Positions 1 through 12,361 of a DNA stretch of 61,153 bases are shown piece after piece (the first letter of the stretch is position 1; every line of letters begins with the position of its first letter). The notes under the pieces are model-generated. The model was not told the DNA's origin. It did no database searches and saw only the letters and a program-made list of their open reading frames with translations. The position numbers and the translations under genes were made by a program. Origin of the DNA: Octopus bimaculoides (lineage: Eukaryota); contig NC_068999.1 of the NCBI RefSeq assembly GCF_001194135.2, forward strand, positions 32,516,169 through 32,577,321, given 5' to 3'.

Positions 1-106
1 GCATTTGTAAGTGTGCTATTTAAACATATTGTATTCATCTATTACACAATGTATTGAGTATTCTTCCTCTTTCATTTACAAACTATTATTCCACACATAG
101 ACACTC

Positions 107-165
<59 letters not shown>

Positions 166-795
166 CAGTATATCTATAATTAGCCAAATATTGTCATGTT
201 CTTCAATAACTAATCCACCACAGTTAACTGAGCTGATTTTCTATTAAAAACCTTCTGCTGTCATTGTAGTCCAACATTATACTCCAACACTTGTGTTTTC
301 TATTGATTCCTTATATTCTCCATCATCACTATCAAACACTGAATGGATCAACACTATTCATAACTAGCACTGTTCTCAGTGAAATGATTTCAGCACGAAC
401 CTGTTTGACCAGTTGGCTTTTTGGCCAGCCGCTCATTTCCAATGACTCTGTGTAATGTCGTTGTGTTATTGTTGTTGTTTCTGGTGTCTTTTATTTATCC
501 ACTAAAATCTTGTGTTGTATTGAAAGTCTACCTGTTTTGTTAATCGCCTCATGCTTTTTCTCTGCCATTCCATCACTGCCTCTATTCTATGTATGATCGT
601 TATCAACACCACTACAATATCAATGTAATGAATGAAAACTATGATTTCCTCATCTCCCCACACATACAACCAACATTTCTTCTGTTTGTGACTATTCCAA
701 CCATCTGTGCAATATAAGGCAAACATAAGACTGAAACAAGAGAAGGAGTAGGAGGTGCTGTATTTTTAAGTGTCTCTCTGCAGATTTTTCTATAA

Positions 796-992
796 AGGTA
801 CAGGTGTGGCCATGTGGTAAGAAACTAGAAGCAGGCATGACAGTGTGGTAAGAAGCTTGCTTCCCAACCATATGGTTCCGGGTTCAGTCCCATTGTATGG
901 CACCTTGGGCAAGTGTCTTTTATTATAGCCTTGGGTCAACTAAAGCCTTGTGAGTGGATTTGATAGATGGAAACTAAAAGAAACCTGTTGTG

Positions 993-1025
<33 letters not shown>

Positions 1026-1240
1026 ATGTGTATCTGTGTTTGTTCCCCCACCATCACTTGACAATTGATGTTGGAGTGTTTACATACCTGTAACTGAGCA
1101 GTTCAGCAAAAAGAGACCGATAGAATAAGTACTAGGCTTACAAAGGATAAGTCCTGGGATCGATTTCTTTGACTAAAACCCTGTAAGGTGGTGCTCCAGC
1201 ATGGCACAGTCAAATGACTGAAACAAATAAAAGAATAAAA
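796..1240 (+). mobile_element. tRNA-derived SINE, family A (duplicated head)
   Basis: A-box-like TGTGGTAAG, B-box-like GGTTCAGTCCC, CCTTGGGCAAGTGTCTT body, internal (TG)n, tail CAAATGACTGAAACAAATAAAAGAATAAAA; many homologous copies in the window. Confidence 0.85.
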
Positions 1241-2039
1241 TTTAGAGCCATCACTTAAAGTTATGATGTTTCATATACAGATGTGTAAACATATTTGTAT
1301 ATGAAATATAACTTTCAATGCTGGTTCTAAATTCTATAGAAAATCTGTGAAGATAAAATTTAAAATGAGAACATCATATTGCTAACACAATGGTAAGACA
1401 TAATATTGACTTGCAAGCCTTTAATATACCACATTTTCCAACATAGAAGGCACACTTTTTTTCCCAAAACTTCTCCCCAGAAGTTCTCCTGCAATTTAAA
1501 TGCTGAAGGTCAGGCTTTGGGTAGACTTGATCACTGTTTTTACTGATCTTGAAAGGATGACAAAGTTGACCTCATCGACATTTGAACTCAAAACACCCAA
1601 ACACTCACATATATTGTGTATGTGTGAGCATTTATAGATACTGGTGTGAACTAATGTGTCAAGTTTTATAACTGCGTAAGAGAAATGTAACTGAGTGGTT
1701 TGCTAAATCAAAATCAATAAAATAAGTATTAGATTGAAATAAATTAGTGATGGTCAGTACTTTTCCTGGTAGAAGAGAAATGTATTGCATTAGTGGTATA
1801 TAACTTGTTATTTCACAGAAGTGTAACTATCAATCCAAACACTCAACTTATTGGGACTTGGAGCTAAACCTCAAATATAACAGATTGTGTGATATCTATA
1901 GATTTTTCATTGGTCGATGTACTATTTGGTCATGTGACTGACATAAAAGTATTTTTCTGAATGTGGTGTGTGTGTGTGTGCGCGCCTGTTTATCAATTGC
2001 ATATACTCACTTTCTCACTTTTTGAGTCAGAACTAACAT

Positions 2040-2375
2040 TACCTTAACAATCCTCACCAAAATTATCACTAACTACATCAACACCACCTCCACTCCTGCT
2101 TCTACAACACCGTGTTTGTGGTAGTGGCTATATTGCCACAAGTTGCTTACCACCACAATGCCACTACTACTATGATTACCATCGTTATCACTACTACCAA
2201 CACTACGTCATTGTCGCTGTACCACAAGCACTATCACCACCTCTATAGCACTACTACCACCAACACTGTAACCACACTACCACTTCAACTATCAATACTA
2301 CTGCCATCACACTATATCACCACTACACTTTTACCTCAAGAAACCACCACCAACACCACTGTTGCTGCCACCACT
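2040..2375. repeat. Degenerate (ACC/ACT)n trinucleotide repeat
   Basis: Visible period-3 low-complexity tract; explains the Thr-rich ORF 2112-2486. Confidence 0.8.
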
Positions 2376-2444
2376 GTCGGCTGGTTGCATGTCTTTAATT
2401 TCTACACCTGCTGCACTCTCACTTTACTATGCCCTGTGTATGTA

Positions 2445-2476
<32 letters not shown>

Positions 2477-3450
2477 GACTGTGTGATTGTATGTGTATAT
2501 ATGTCAATGCATTATTTTGCCTAGGACCCAGTGTTCAACTCCGTGTGTATGTGTCTGTGTGTCTAAGCCTGTTTATAAAATTCTTGTCTGCTGTTACTAT
2601 TTATTAAAATTTCTTACTTTATTTTTATGCAACTTTACTAACCTCCACTCTCCCACAAAACTCACCTGTCTCCAAATTTTGGCTGTTTTTGTTATTGTAA
2701 ATAAGCCAATTAGATATTTTCAAAGATAACTTTTTTTTTTTTCTTCAGTTCAGTTCCTAATTTCCATGATTTCTTTAAATAAAACATAAAATTATTTTAC
2801 CAGTCATTATTCTGTTTGTTAGTCTTGCTCTTGTTTTGTTTGTATATTTATGTTTGTTTTAAAAATATTTGTTAATGTTACACATCTCATTGGTAAACAA
2901 CAGCCAAGACCTGAATAAAAAAAAAAAAGCAAACTATATTCCTATACGTTGTTGACAATTAGAATAATACTTGTAAAAATCTGTTAAATCTCACCATTAC
3001 AAAGATGGCTCAGATGATGCAGTATGGCATTATGGGTAAATTGATTGGATGACTTCCATCAGTTTGGTGTATATTCTTACATTGCTTAGTGCTGTGTGGG
3101 GAGCAATGTTGTGAGGGTGTACATTGTGTGGAGGTGTAGTTTCATAGAGGGTTGTGTGGTAGTGAGGACATATGGTGTGATAGTGAAGGATATGAAAGCT
3201 AGTGAGACATTTGTAAATTAAGTATGTGTGAGTATATGTTGCATGTGCAGGCCAAATTATATAGAAGTAAGGGTATGTAGTGGGTAATAAAGGTGTGAGT
3301 GAGGATATGTAGTGATGTAATAGCAAGGACATGTTATGTGGTGGTGTAGACATGTGGTATAGTTGTGAGGACATGGGGAATCGTTTGTGATAACAGTATT
3401 AAGATCGTGGTAAAAGTGATGTATCAACAATGATATTAACAGATGCAGCA

Positions 3451-4566
3451 ATAATAATAATTCTTTCTATCATTGGCACAAAGCCTGAAATTTGAGGGGG
3501 GGGGGGCTAGTCAATTACTTTGATCCCAGTGCTTAACTGGTACTTATTTCATCAACCCTGAAAGGATGCAAGGCAAAGTCAACCTCAGAGGAATTTGAAC
3601 TTGGAATGTAAAAATGCAGTTTAGCATTTTGTCTGGCATGCTAATGATTCTACCAGTTTGCCAACTTAATGATAATAATCATAATGATGATTTCAAATTT
3701 TGGCGCAAGGTCAGCAATTTTGAGGATTGACCCCTGTGCTCATTAGGTATTTCTTTTATTGACTTTCTCTGAAAGGATGAAAGGCAAAATTGACTTCAGT
3801 AGAATTTGAATGCAAGGCTTAAAGATGGATGAAATTCCACTAAGTATTTTGTCTGGCATACTAATGATTTTGCCAGCTTGCCACTTTAATAATAATAATA
3901 ATAATAATAATAACAGTCCTTTCTACTATAGGCTCAAGGCATGAAATTTTGTGGAGTGGAGGCTAGTAATTTACATTGACTCCAGTGTGTACCTGGTACT
4001 TATTTCATTGACTCGAAAAGATAAAAGTCAACTTTGGCCAGTTGAACTCAAAACATAATGATGGATGAAATTTCACTCAGCATTTTGCTTGACATGTTAA
4101 TAATTCAGCTAGCTTGCCACCTTAATAATAATTATAATGATAATAAGAATAATAATGTTTCAAATTTTAATTGTGCTGTTCAAAAATGTAAATTTAATAG
4201 AAGATAAAAATATGAAAACAATCTGTAAGGTGATGTTGATTTTAAAACAGTGAAGCTGCAAAGATACAATTTCACCTCAATTGATTACTTTAATGGAGAT
4301 ATTTATATAGTCAGCAATGATGGTTTAATTAAGTCAGTTGACTCCACTCACATATGTAGTCTTTTTCCTTTACAAGTAGAAAAGAAAAAAGATTCTATAT
4401 TTACTTTTCATAATCTTATTGAAAGAAAAGACTATAATAAACTCACAGAATTTGCTGAAAATGTAGTATATGTGTAAATTTAACCTTTTTGAACTCAGAA
4501 CATAAAGACAGACAAAATGCTGCTATGCATTTTGCCTGGCAGGCTAATGATTCTGCCAGCTTGCTG

Positions 4567-4598
<32 letters not shown>

Positions 4599-4823
4599 GT
4601 AATTATAATAATCCTTTCTACTGTAGGCACAAAGCCTGAAATTTTGCGGGAGGGACCTACTCGATTATATTGACCCCAATGTTTCACTAGTACTTAATTT
4701 ATTGACCCCGAAAGGATGAATGGCAAAGTCAATCTCAACAGAATTTGAACTTGGAACATAAAGACAGACAATACCACTAAGCATTTTGCCTGGTGTACTC
4801 ACAATTCTGCCAGCTCACTGACT
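3451..4823 (-). mobile_element. Head-to-tail array of about 5 family-B tRNA-derived SINE units separated by (AAT)n
   Basis: Repeated ~220-250 nt unit (GGCACAAGGCCTGAAATTT...GACCCCGAAAGGATGAAAGGCAAAGTC...GAATTTGAACT...GATTCTGCCAGCT) starting near 3451, 3669, 3887, 4123 (interrupted) and 4571. A/B-box-like motifs lie on the minus strand. Confidence 0.85.
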
Positions 4824-4845
4824 TAATAATAATAATGATGATAAT

Positions 4846-5060
4846 AAAAGCATGTGGCTTAGTGCACTTACAATTGCAAGGTCATGGTTTCAATTTTGGG
4901 ACTGAGTGGTGCATTGCGTTTTTGAGTAAAACATTTCATGTTGCTCCAGTCGACTCAGCCATCATAAATGAGTAATCTTACAATGGACTGGCATCTCATT
5001 CAAGAGGAATGTCACTTATACATCATGGGAACTAGGTAATCAGTCCCAAGAGCCCTAGAC
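4846..5060 (+). mobile_element. tRNA-derived SINE, family C
   Basis: GCATGTGGCTTAGTG head, TTGCGTTTTTGAGTAAAACATTTCATGTTGCTCCAG body, ATGGACTGGCATC motif; homologous to copies at 22393, 23870, 46010, 49342 and 50888. Confidence 0.7.
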
Positions 5061-5329
5061 AGTGATGTCCAGTGGTTGAGGATACTGATAAAAAAAAAAG
5101 AAGAGGTTATACAACTGATCTATTGATACTGTTGTACTCATTCTCTCTCTCTCTCTTGCCACTAATATTACACTATATGAGTTAGAATGTACATCTAGCT
5201 TATATGTTCCATTTGGCATGGTTAGCACACCTGAATTGGCATAGCTGTTAGTATTGGCCAGAATGCCTTGCAGCATTCATTTTGGCTCTCAACACTTTGA
5301 ATTCAAATCCTGCCAAGGTCAACTCTAGT

Positions 5330-5537
5330 TTATTCTTTTATTCTTTTACTTGTTTCAGTCATTTGACTACAGCCATGCTGGAACACCGCTTAAAGGTTTT
5401 TTTTAGTTGAAAAAAGTTGCCCCCAGGACTTATTCTTTTTGTAAGCCTAGTACTTATTCTATCAGTCTCTTTTGCTGAACTGCTAAGTTACAGGGTTTTA
5501 AACATACCATCGGTTGTCAAGTGATGGTGGTGGGGGA

Positions 5538-5574
<37 letters not shown>

Positions 5575-5735
5575 TAGGATCTGTTCAGTTTCCATCTATC
5601 AAATCCACTCACAAGGCTTTGGTCAGCTCGAGGCTGTAGTAGAAGTCACTTGCCCAAAGTTCCATGCAGTGGGACTGAACCCAGAACCATGTGGTTGGTA
5701 AGCAAGCTTCTTACCACATGGCCATGCCTGCACCT
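5330..5735 (-). mobile_element. Family-A SINE
   Basis: Reverse-complement homolog of 796-1240, including the internal (CA)n. Confidence 0.85.
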
Positions 5736-6825
5736 TTTTTTTTTCTTCGAGGTCAATAAATAAAATACCAGTATTAGTTTCTGTTTCTCTTCAGAAGCAG
5801 TCAGTTATGTTCAGACTTGGAGAGGCCCAAAGCATGCTGTATGACATCATTGGTGTCCCTATGATGCCATCAGGAATTGAAGGCTAGGAAAGCAGTACCA
5901 TCCCAACTAATTCACCTACATCTGCTTTTGTCATCTCAACATTAAACACTTTGTTCAATCTATTCTTCCCCAAACAGCACCCTGCTCTTTGGAACATCTT
6001 TCCTGCCATATCTTACTAATAGGCATCAACCAAAATAACAAAAATTTCAATATTTTAACCACTACACTGCTTATTTTTATTTTAGTTTTATACTTTTTGT
6101 TGTTTTGCCATATTTTTTTAATAAATGCTTACAAGATATTCTCTCCTGATAGAAAGTCTAAGTAATTCAGAAGTGGAACAGTTAGAATATTGAAAACTGA
6201 TTTAAAATGTTCCTTCTCAGTTCCTCTCCGATTCTCCCCCCTCTCTCTCTCTCTCCTCTTGGATTTTCCTTTGAATTATACATCTTGTTTTCTTGACTTC
6301 TTGTCTCTCTTTATCCCTTCTCTTTCCTTCTCTTGCTCATCACTCTTTCTCTCTCTCTCTCTCTCTCCCTCCCTCTTATACAGTAATTACCACAAAAGAC
6401 AGTCAATATAAATAAATAATTTAACAATAAAAATCTATAAATTCTGACATTTAATTCTTTTGAATATAAAAGTGTATTTCTGTAGAATTGATAGCATTTT
6501 AATTTTGCAGATGAGCCACCAACATTTTTTTCATTTGATCTCGATAGGATATACAATGGTTGTGAGGTCATTGTGTTGGATTACTGAGTACAGGGACAGG
6601 TACTTTGACCTTCTTAGTGCTAATGTCTGTGCTTTGTATTTCCTGGGAATGAACATAATTCTGCTTAGCTTGAACTGCTTGGCTGATGAACAGGGTCCTT
6701 TCTCTACTTTTTAGCTGAAGCATACATTAACACTTGGAAGAGCATCATCCATGTGTAAAAATAATCATTTATGTTCGTTTTCTTTGCTGGCATTGGTTGG
6801 ATAGGTTGTCAAAGTCCTTATTTAA

Positions 6826-7048
6826 CCTTTTATCATTTAAACCAGTCATATCCAGCCCAAATATCATACCTGTTTTATGTTCAAGCTGGCTAGAACTAGC
6901 CACTTACACCTCCCCTACAATGTCACCTCCCCTACAATAGATAATCACATCATTGAAGTTTTGAAACTACAAGATAATGCAGGATTAATTCATAATGATG
7001 TGAATAAAGAAATATTAGATTTGATAACATAATCTGAATGCTAAAGGG
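6826..7048. mobile_element. piggyBac-type MITE
   Basis: TTAA at 6822-6825 and 7049-7052; ends CCTTTTATCATTT / GAATGCTAAAGGG; same family at 20133 and 41563. Confidence 0.75.
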
Positions 7049-8541
7049 TTAAATTTACTGTCGTTGTACGCGAGTCAGAGACCCACATGTTACTTGTACA
7101 TTCCATTTTGGCATGAATACTACTGCAGGATATTGTTTCTGTTATCAACCTGTTTGCAGAATGTACTGGGTGCATTTTATCATAGCACCAATCCTAGAGA
7201 GGTTGCTTTGTTCTCTGCAAGACTAAAGAGTCTTCGCTATGATATTTAAGATATCTGTAGTATCTGTTTTTTGGAAAGCTATAGAGAATTAATGTAAAAC
7301 TAGACAAAAAGTTTATGAACAAAACAATGAAAATAGACCGAATGGCTGATGCCCTGTACAATAGTTATTTTGTGATATGATTTGTACCAATTAGTAACTA
7401 AACCTAGTGTAGCATGCACTGTGGCATCACAAAAACATGTTATTACTCTACAATCACCCATAAATATTTACCCTCTCCCCACGACCATCTCATCTTTGTG
7501 GATCTTGCACTGAGTGGAAATATATGTAGTTAGATTTATAGTCGTAACTGTTCTGGTTCTATATGTATTGCTGTGGGGAACAGATTTGCCAAAATTAACC
7601 GTTCCTTTAGTTAGTTGAACATTGATGCAAGCATATTAGTGGTTTAAATCAAGCTGTCTTGCATCCTTGGCCAAAATATTAAGATTTTGAGTTGCTGAGT
7701 CTGACTAGTTTGAAGTTAGATATTGTTTAGCCTTAAGTCAAATCTTATTCAACTGACATAGAATCAAAGGTGTTCCAGTCCCTCATTTTTACCTGGTCAA
7801 AATGTATCTTGGACTACATTATCCAATGAAATTCTCTTTTAAAACAGTAGGCTATTGCTTCATGGAGATTCAGCTGTTATTTTTGACAGATCAGTTACCC
7901 GTGTAGAAGGTTCCTCAGTTGTTTGAGTTAGTACCACAGTAATATAATTCACAGCTGTAATTAGTGGCAACACTATAAAATTGATGAGTATTTCATTGGT
8001 TTGTGGTGCCAAGTTTAATTCTGTCTGTGGAAAAAGTTATCTAATTTGGACTTCACTTAATATTCAGGTAAACTTTCACCTCTTATCTCCCTAACGTTAC
8101 AAACATGAAATATAAGCACTCTTCTCACCCCTCCTGGAATCTTTAATTAAGTAGAAATAATTTCACAGCCTACAGATTTATCACTTTTGGTTTCCCATTA
8201 CTCGTTGGAGATGCATATCCTACTTGTTTGTTAGTGGGATTTATATGAAGTTGCTCTCCCTTTGTGTTATATTTTGGGTTTATAATAGTCAGAAATTAGT
8301 TGTTAGATCCAAAATAGGACACGTTATTTTATCATCATCATCTCATTGAGCTTACTTAAAACATTTTTACCCCATACATGGCATCCATCTCAGTCCTGCA
8401 TTAGTTGAAGGAGGTCTTTGGGGAAGCATCCAGTGCCTCTGGTGATCTACATGTGTTGTGTTCATATATTTACCAAAATGCATTCTTTCATTTCTTAATT
8501 GCTTCCAGTATGTATAAAAATTCTTTTCTGTTATTTTCCAG

Positions 8542-8673
8542 ATGCCCACCGGGCATTAGAATTACTTGAGGATTACCACAGTCGCTTGACCAAGCCACAA
8601 GACAAAGCTCTAAAAAATGCTATAGAGAGGGTCATCAGGATTTTTAAAAGCCGTTTGTTTCAAGCCCTATTAG
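8542..8673 (+). CDS. dlg1: Internal coding exon of Discs large 1 (MAGUK), L27 domain: (D)[43 protein letters not shown]
   Basis: Translation matches the DLG1/SAP97/Dlg-S97 N-terminal L27 sequence (recalled Drosophila [44 protein letters not shown]). Acceptor ttcttttctgttattttccag ends at 8541, donor GTAAGT at 8674; 132 nt, phase 1-1. The flanking exons (MPVxKQ; DIQEFYE) were not found in the window. Confidence 0.96.
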
Positions 8674-9175
8674 GTAAGTGGATTTTGCTTAAGACATTCT
8701 TTGTTGATTTTTGTCCAACAGCTGAATTTTCAAAGAATGCTTGGTGTCAGGTATGGTACTTAGTCCCAACACTTTAATGTTCATGGATAGCGGGACATAC
8801 AAGCATACTGACAAACACAAGCACATAAACATGCATTCACACAAATTAAGAATTAATGGGAACAGTTGATAAACAAACTTTAGAAGTGCTGAATGTGTTG
8901 GTAATTTACAGACAAGAAAGTAAGTTTTGAATACAGTATAGCTGTGAAGGTAGTTAAGAAAGAGTGGGTATTTACCCTTAGAAGATGGAAACAAGTTGCC
9001 AGCACTGCCTGGAGGCAATTTTTTTTTTTTTTTTATCTTCTAAGGGTAAATACCCAATCTTTCTCAACTGTTTTAACAGCTGCACTTGAAAGAATTAATA
9101 TTTCAGAAACTTTTGACTATTCTTTTGCATAAAAAATATTACCAGCTATTTCATAATATTCTTTATATATATATA

Positions 9176-10038
9176 CAGAGTGCGGTGAATAAACTGTTGT
9201 CTAAATTATGCAAAAATGAAAATAACTCTGATGTCCCGTTTTAACAGATATATTTATCAAAATTACATAAAAATATCTTGAAATACTAAAAAGAAAATTT
9301 ATTCAATAAAATTGCCATTGGCTTCAACCATGGAGATGACTTTGGAATCTCCTGCGACTCTTCTAGACAGTCTCCTTATTTAAGTTGGTCAATGCTGCCA
9401 TTATCCTTGCCATCAGTTCATCTTTGGTGTTACAAGGAGTTTTGTTGATCTCTCACTCATTTGCACCTCACGCATAATAACCAAACGGGGGTTGCAGTCT
9501 GAGGAGTTAGGTAGTCAGATGTTAGGGGTGATGTGGTCGCAGAATTGTTTGATAGCCATGCCTGGGTCTTCCTGCTTGTGTGGCATGGTGCAGAGTCCTG
9601 TTGCCAGACACAGTCTTCCAACAGCCACTCTGTTGACCCAATGCAGCACTACCTCTTCCAGGCACTTCATGTAGTCCTCTGTGTTGAGTTTGTGGCCGTG
9701 TGGGAAGATGAATGGAGGCATAACATTGCCATCACTAGTGATCATTCCAAACATCATAATGTTGACTGGATGTTTGATTTTTATCACTTTCGGTACTTGT
9801 CCTCAGATTGACGCTCAAACAGTCTGAAATGTTTGTATTGGAGCTTCCAGCACAGATGCAAACCAGTACAGTATGTCGTTTCCAAATTTCTGGTAGAGTG
9901 AATTGTGTCATGTGCTGTTTTTCACATAGACAGTGCCCAACTGACCCTACTATACTGTGTAGCCAACAAAATGGAAAACAATGTGCACACATGAAATGAA
10001 AAATCATAAAATGGCGACAATTTACCCATCACACCCTG
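9176..10038 (-). mobile_element. Internally deleted Tc1/mariner-superfamily element, maT (DD37D) type, transposase pseudogene
   Basis: Degenerate TIRs CAGAGTGCGGTGAATAAACTGT / CAGGGTGTGATGGGTAAATTGT flanked by TA. Minus-strand peptides KHPVNIMMFGMITSDGNVMPPFIF, VWQQDSAPCHTSRKTQAWL and PNSSDCNP; 37 residues between the last two catalytic Asp after manual frameshift repair. Confidence 0.85.
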
Positions 10039-10139
10039 TATCGCATCACACTCACTTTTTTCAGCGCATCACACTCACTCTCACTTCATACTATAACTCT
10101 CCGCCTATGGATATAATAATCGATTCCTTTACTATTTCT

Positions 10140-10188
10140 GTCTCCGATGAAGGGAAGTACTGGATCTTCCCAGAAACAGCTGTAAGAC
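10140..10188 (+). ncRNA. Minimal type-I hammerhead ribozyme-like motif (core CCGAUGA, U4C variant)
   Basis: GTCT-CCGATGA-A-GGGAAG[TACTGGAT]CTTCCC-A-GAAAC-AGCT-GTA-AGAC: stem I 4 bp, stem II 6 bp, palindromic stem III ACAGCTGT. Confidence 0.65.
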
Positions 10189-10742
10189 TCTATCCATAAA
10201 ATATATTTCCAACTTTACCATTGCTCTCTTTATCTTTTTATATATTTATACATACACAGGCTAATACACGACTTATAATCCCCAACCCTGTTCATACAAC
10301 GACTGGGGCAAAACTAGTCGGTATACAGCACTTACTCGGTATTACCTGTNNNNNNNNNNATCAGGCACGTGCTGTTAGTAATTACTCAGAGTAGGCAGTT
10401 AGTGACCTTTATGTCACAAAAAAATAAGCGAAATACAGGCACGTGACTGAGTTGAAGGCAGATTTACTTCTGCTTTTATAGCACATAAAGAAAACGGTGT
10501 TGTCAGAGTGTACGCAACACATTAACTACAGCAGTACTATGCATAGCTTGAATACTTATATTGAAAGGCACCAACGAATTATGCCTACCTAATCTACAAA
10601 GAAATAAAACATTTTGCATTTTATGCATAGTAATCAGAGTAACCATCATAATTTTATTGAATTAGGTGCATATTTTGCCATAAAAGGAAAATGTTGCTAT
10701 TGATCTATTTTATTCAAGACAGGCACTGCCTTCCTTGCCTAC

Positions 10743-10776
<34 letters not shown>

Positions 10777-10777
<1 letters not shown>

Positions 10778-10982
10778 TTTTACATTTTACTTGTTTCAGT
10801 CATTAGACTGCAGCCATGCTGGGGCACTGCCTTGAAGAATTTTTAGTCAAATGAACCAATCACAGTACTTCTTTATTCCTAAGCCTGGTACCTATCCTAT
10901 AGAGCTGCTAAGTTACAGGGACATGAAGAAGCCAACACCAGTTGTCAAGCAGTGGTAGGGGGGGGGCAAACACACACACACA
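10777..10982 (-). mobile_element. Family-A SINE, 3' half
   Basis: TTTTACTTGTTTCAGTCATTAGACTGCAGCCATGCTGGGGCAC...CTGCTAAGTTACAGGG matches the family-A tail. Confidence 0.75.
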
Positions 10983-12361
10983 ATAGGCTGTTTGTATGTA
11001 CAAATACACATAGATATATACTCATGCATCCTCACACATAGTTTTGATGAAAAAAGCATGAAGTGCTCAATTCGACTTTATATTGAAAGTGTATAAAGCT
11101 TGATATATTTTAATTTATGTGTGGGTTAAAGGGAGAGGTTCTACTGTTGTATTTAATTGGTTAGCTGTCCACATATGCTACTGTGCTGGAAAAGTATTTG
11201 AATGACTAATGAAATCTGTTTATCTCATATAAATGAACGCATACAAACACACACATACACATGTATTTGTGTAAATAGGGAATGTCTTCTCTTTCAGACA
11301 TCTTGTATCAAAGGCCCATCTGTATTCAAATTTAATCTTTCTAATTGATATACTATATGATAATCTTTCTAATTCATATCTACTATTTTGGGATCTTCTT
11401 GGCATCATCTTCTTCACGAGATAATAGCAGTAGGGGCATATTTTTCACACACTTTGCAGTAGGTTGCAAAGTATCACAAGGATAATGTTATAACTGATAA
11501 AATTAGTTCAGCTAACTTTTGGTTGCATTCAAGGTTTATTTCATGGGTACTGTATCTGTGTATTGATTTTTGATTTGTATTTGACAATGAGTAAAGATCC
11601 CATAGTTAATGTCATCTTTGAGGAATTTAATACAGATAAGGCAGTGTTATCAACTAAAGTTTTTTGTTTTTTTGTCTATTTAGTCTTGTTTCATGTTCTA
11701 ATAGCTCTTTATTGTAAATATTTCATCAACCAATGAGAAAGTCTCATATTTGTCTGTCCCAATATAACAGTTTCAGTCTTGAAGTTTACAATTCTTTGTG
11801 CTTCCATTGAAACTTATATATTACATTGATTGTCTAAGATACATTCAGTTGTTTGATAATTTGTAGTTTCACATTGATGATGAAATTCTGGTGTTATTGT
11901 AATATATTTTAACCATGCATTTGTAGTTGTGTGTGGTATAGATTGTGTTCTGTGTTTTTGTTTTTTTTTATAAAAAGTATGACTGTGTGGTTATATGATT
12001 TGGGGTTGAGTCTCACTACATGACACCTTGAGAAAGTGTCTTCTATTAAACATCAAAGCTTTGTGGGTGACTTTGGTAGACAGAAACCGAAAGAAACCAG
12101 TTGTGTGTGTGTGTGTGAGAGACATGAACATTGACCAATCAATTTGTATGTTAACAGATAACATTCTGATCCACATTCCTACTTTAAAAACAAACTGTCT
12201 TTATAACAACAGCCAGAATAGACTTAATTCACAACACAGCTCAAGATCTTATGTGAAACCAGTAAAGTGTATTCCTATATTTTAAAATATAATTAAACTC
12301 TTATTAATTTCCTGCATTTTAAACTTCATTTCTTTTGTTCCTCCACTTGTTTGGATAGATG

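Noticed and set aside
502-726. 74-aa minus-strand ORF and neighbouring unique sequence at 230-760
   Set aside because: No recognisable motif or splice structure; the length is within chance expectation.
2112-2486. Thr-rich or Ile/Thr-rich ORFs (also 27070-27408) and His/Thr/Tyr/Val/Cys-alternating ORFs
   Set aside because: Translations of trinucleotide and (CA)/(TA)/(TG) microsatellites, with no splice or homology support.
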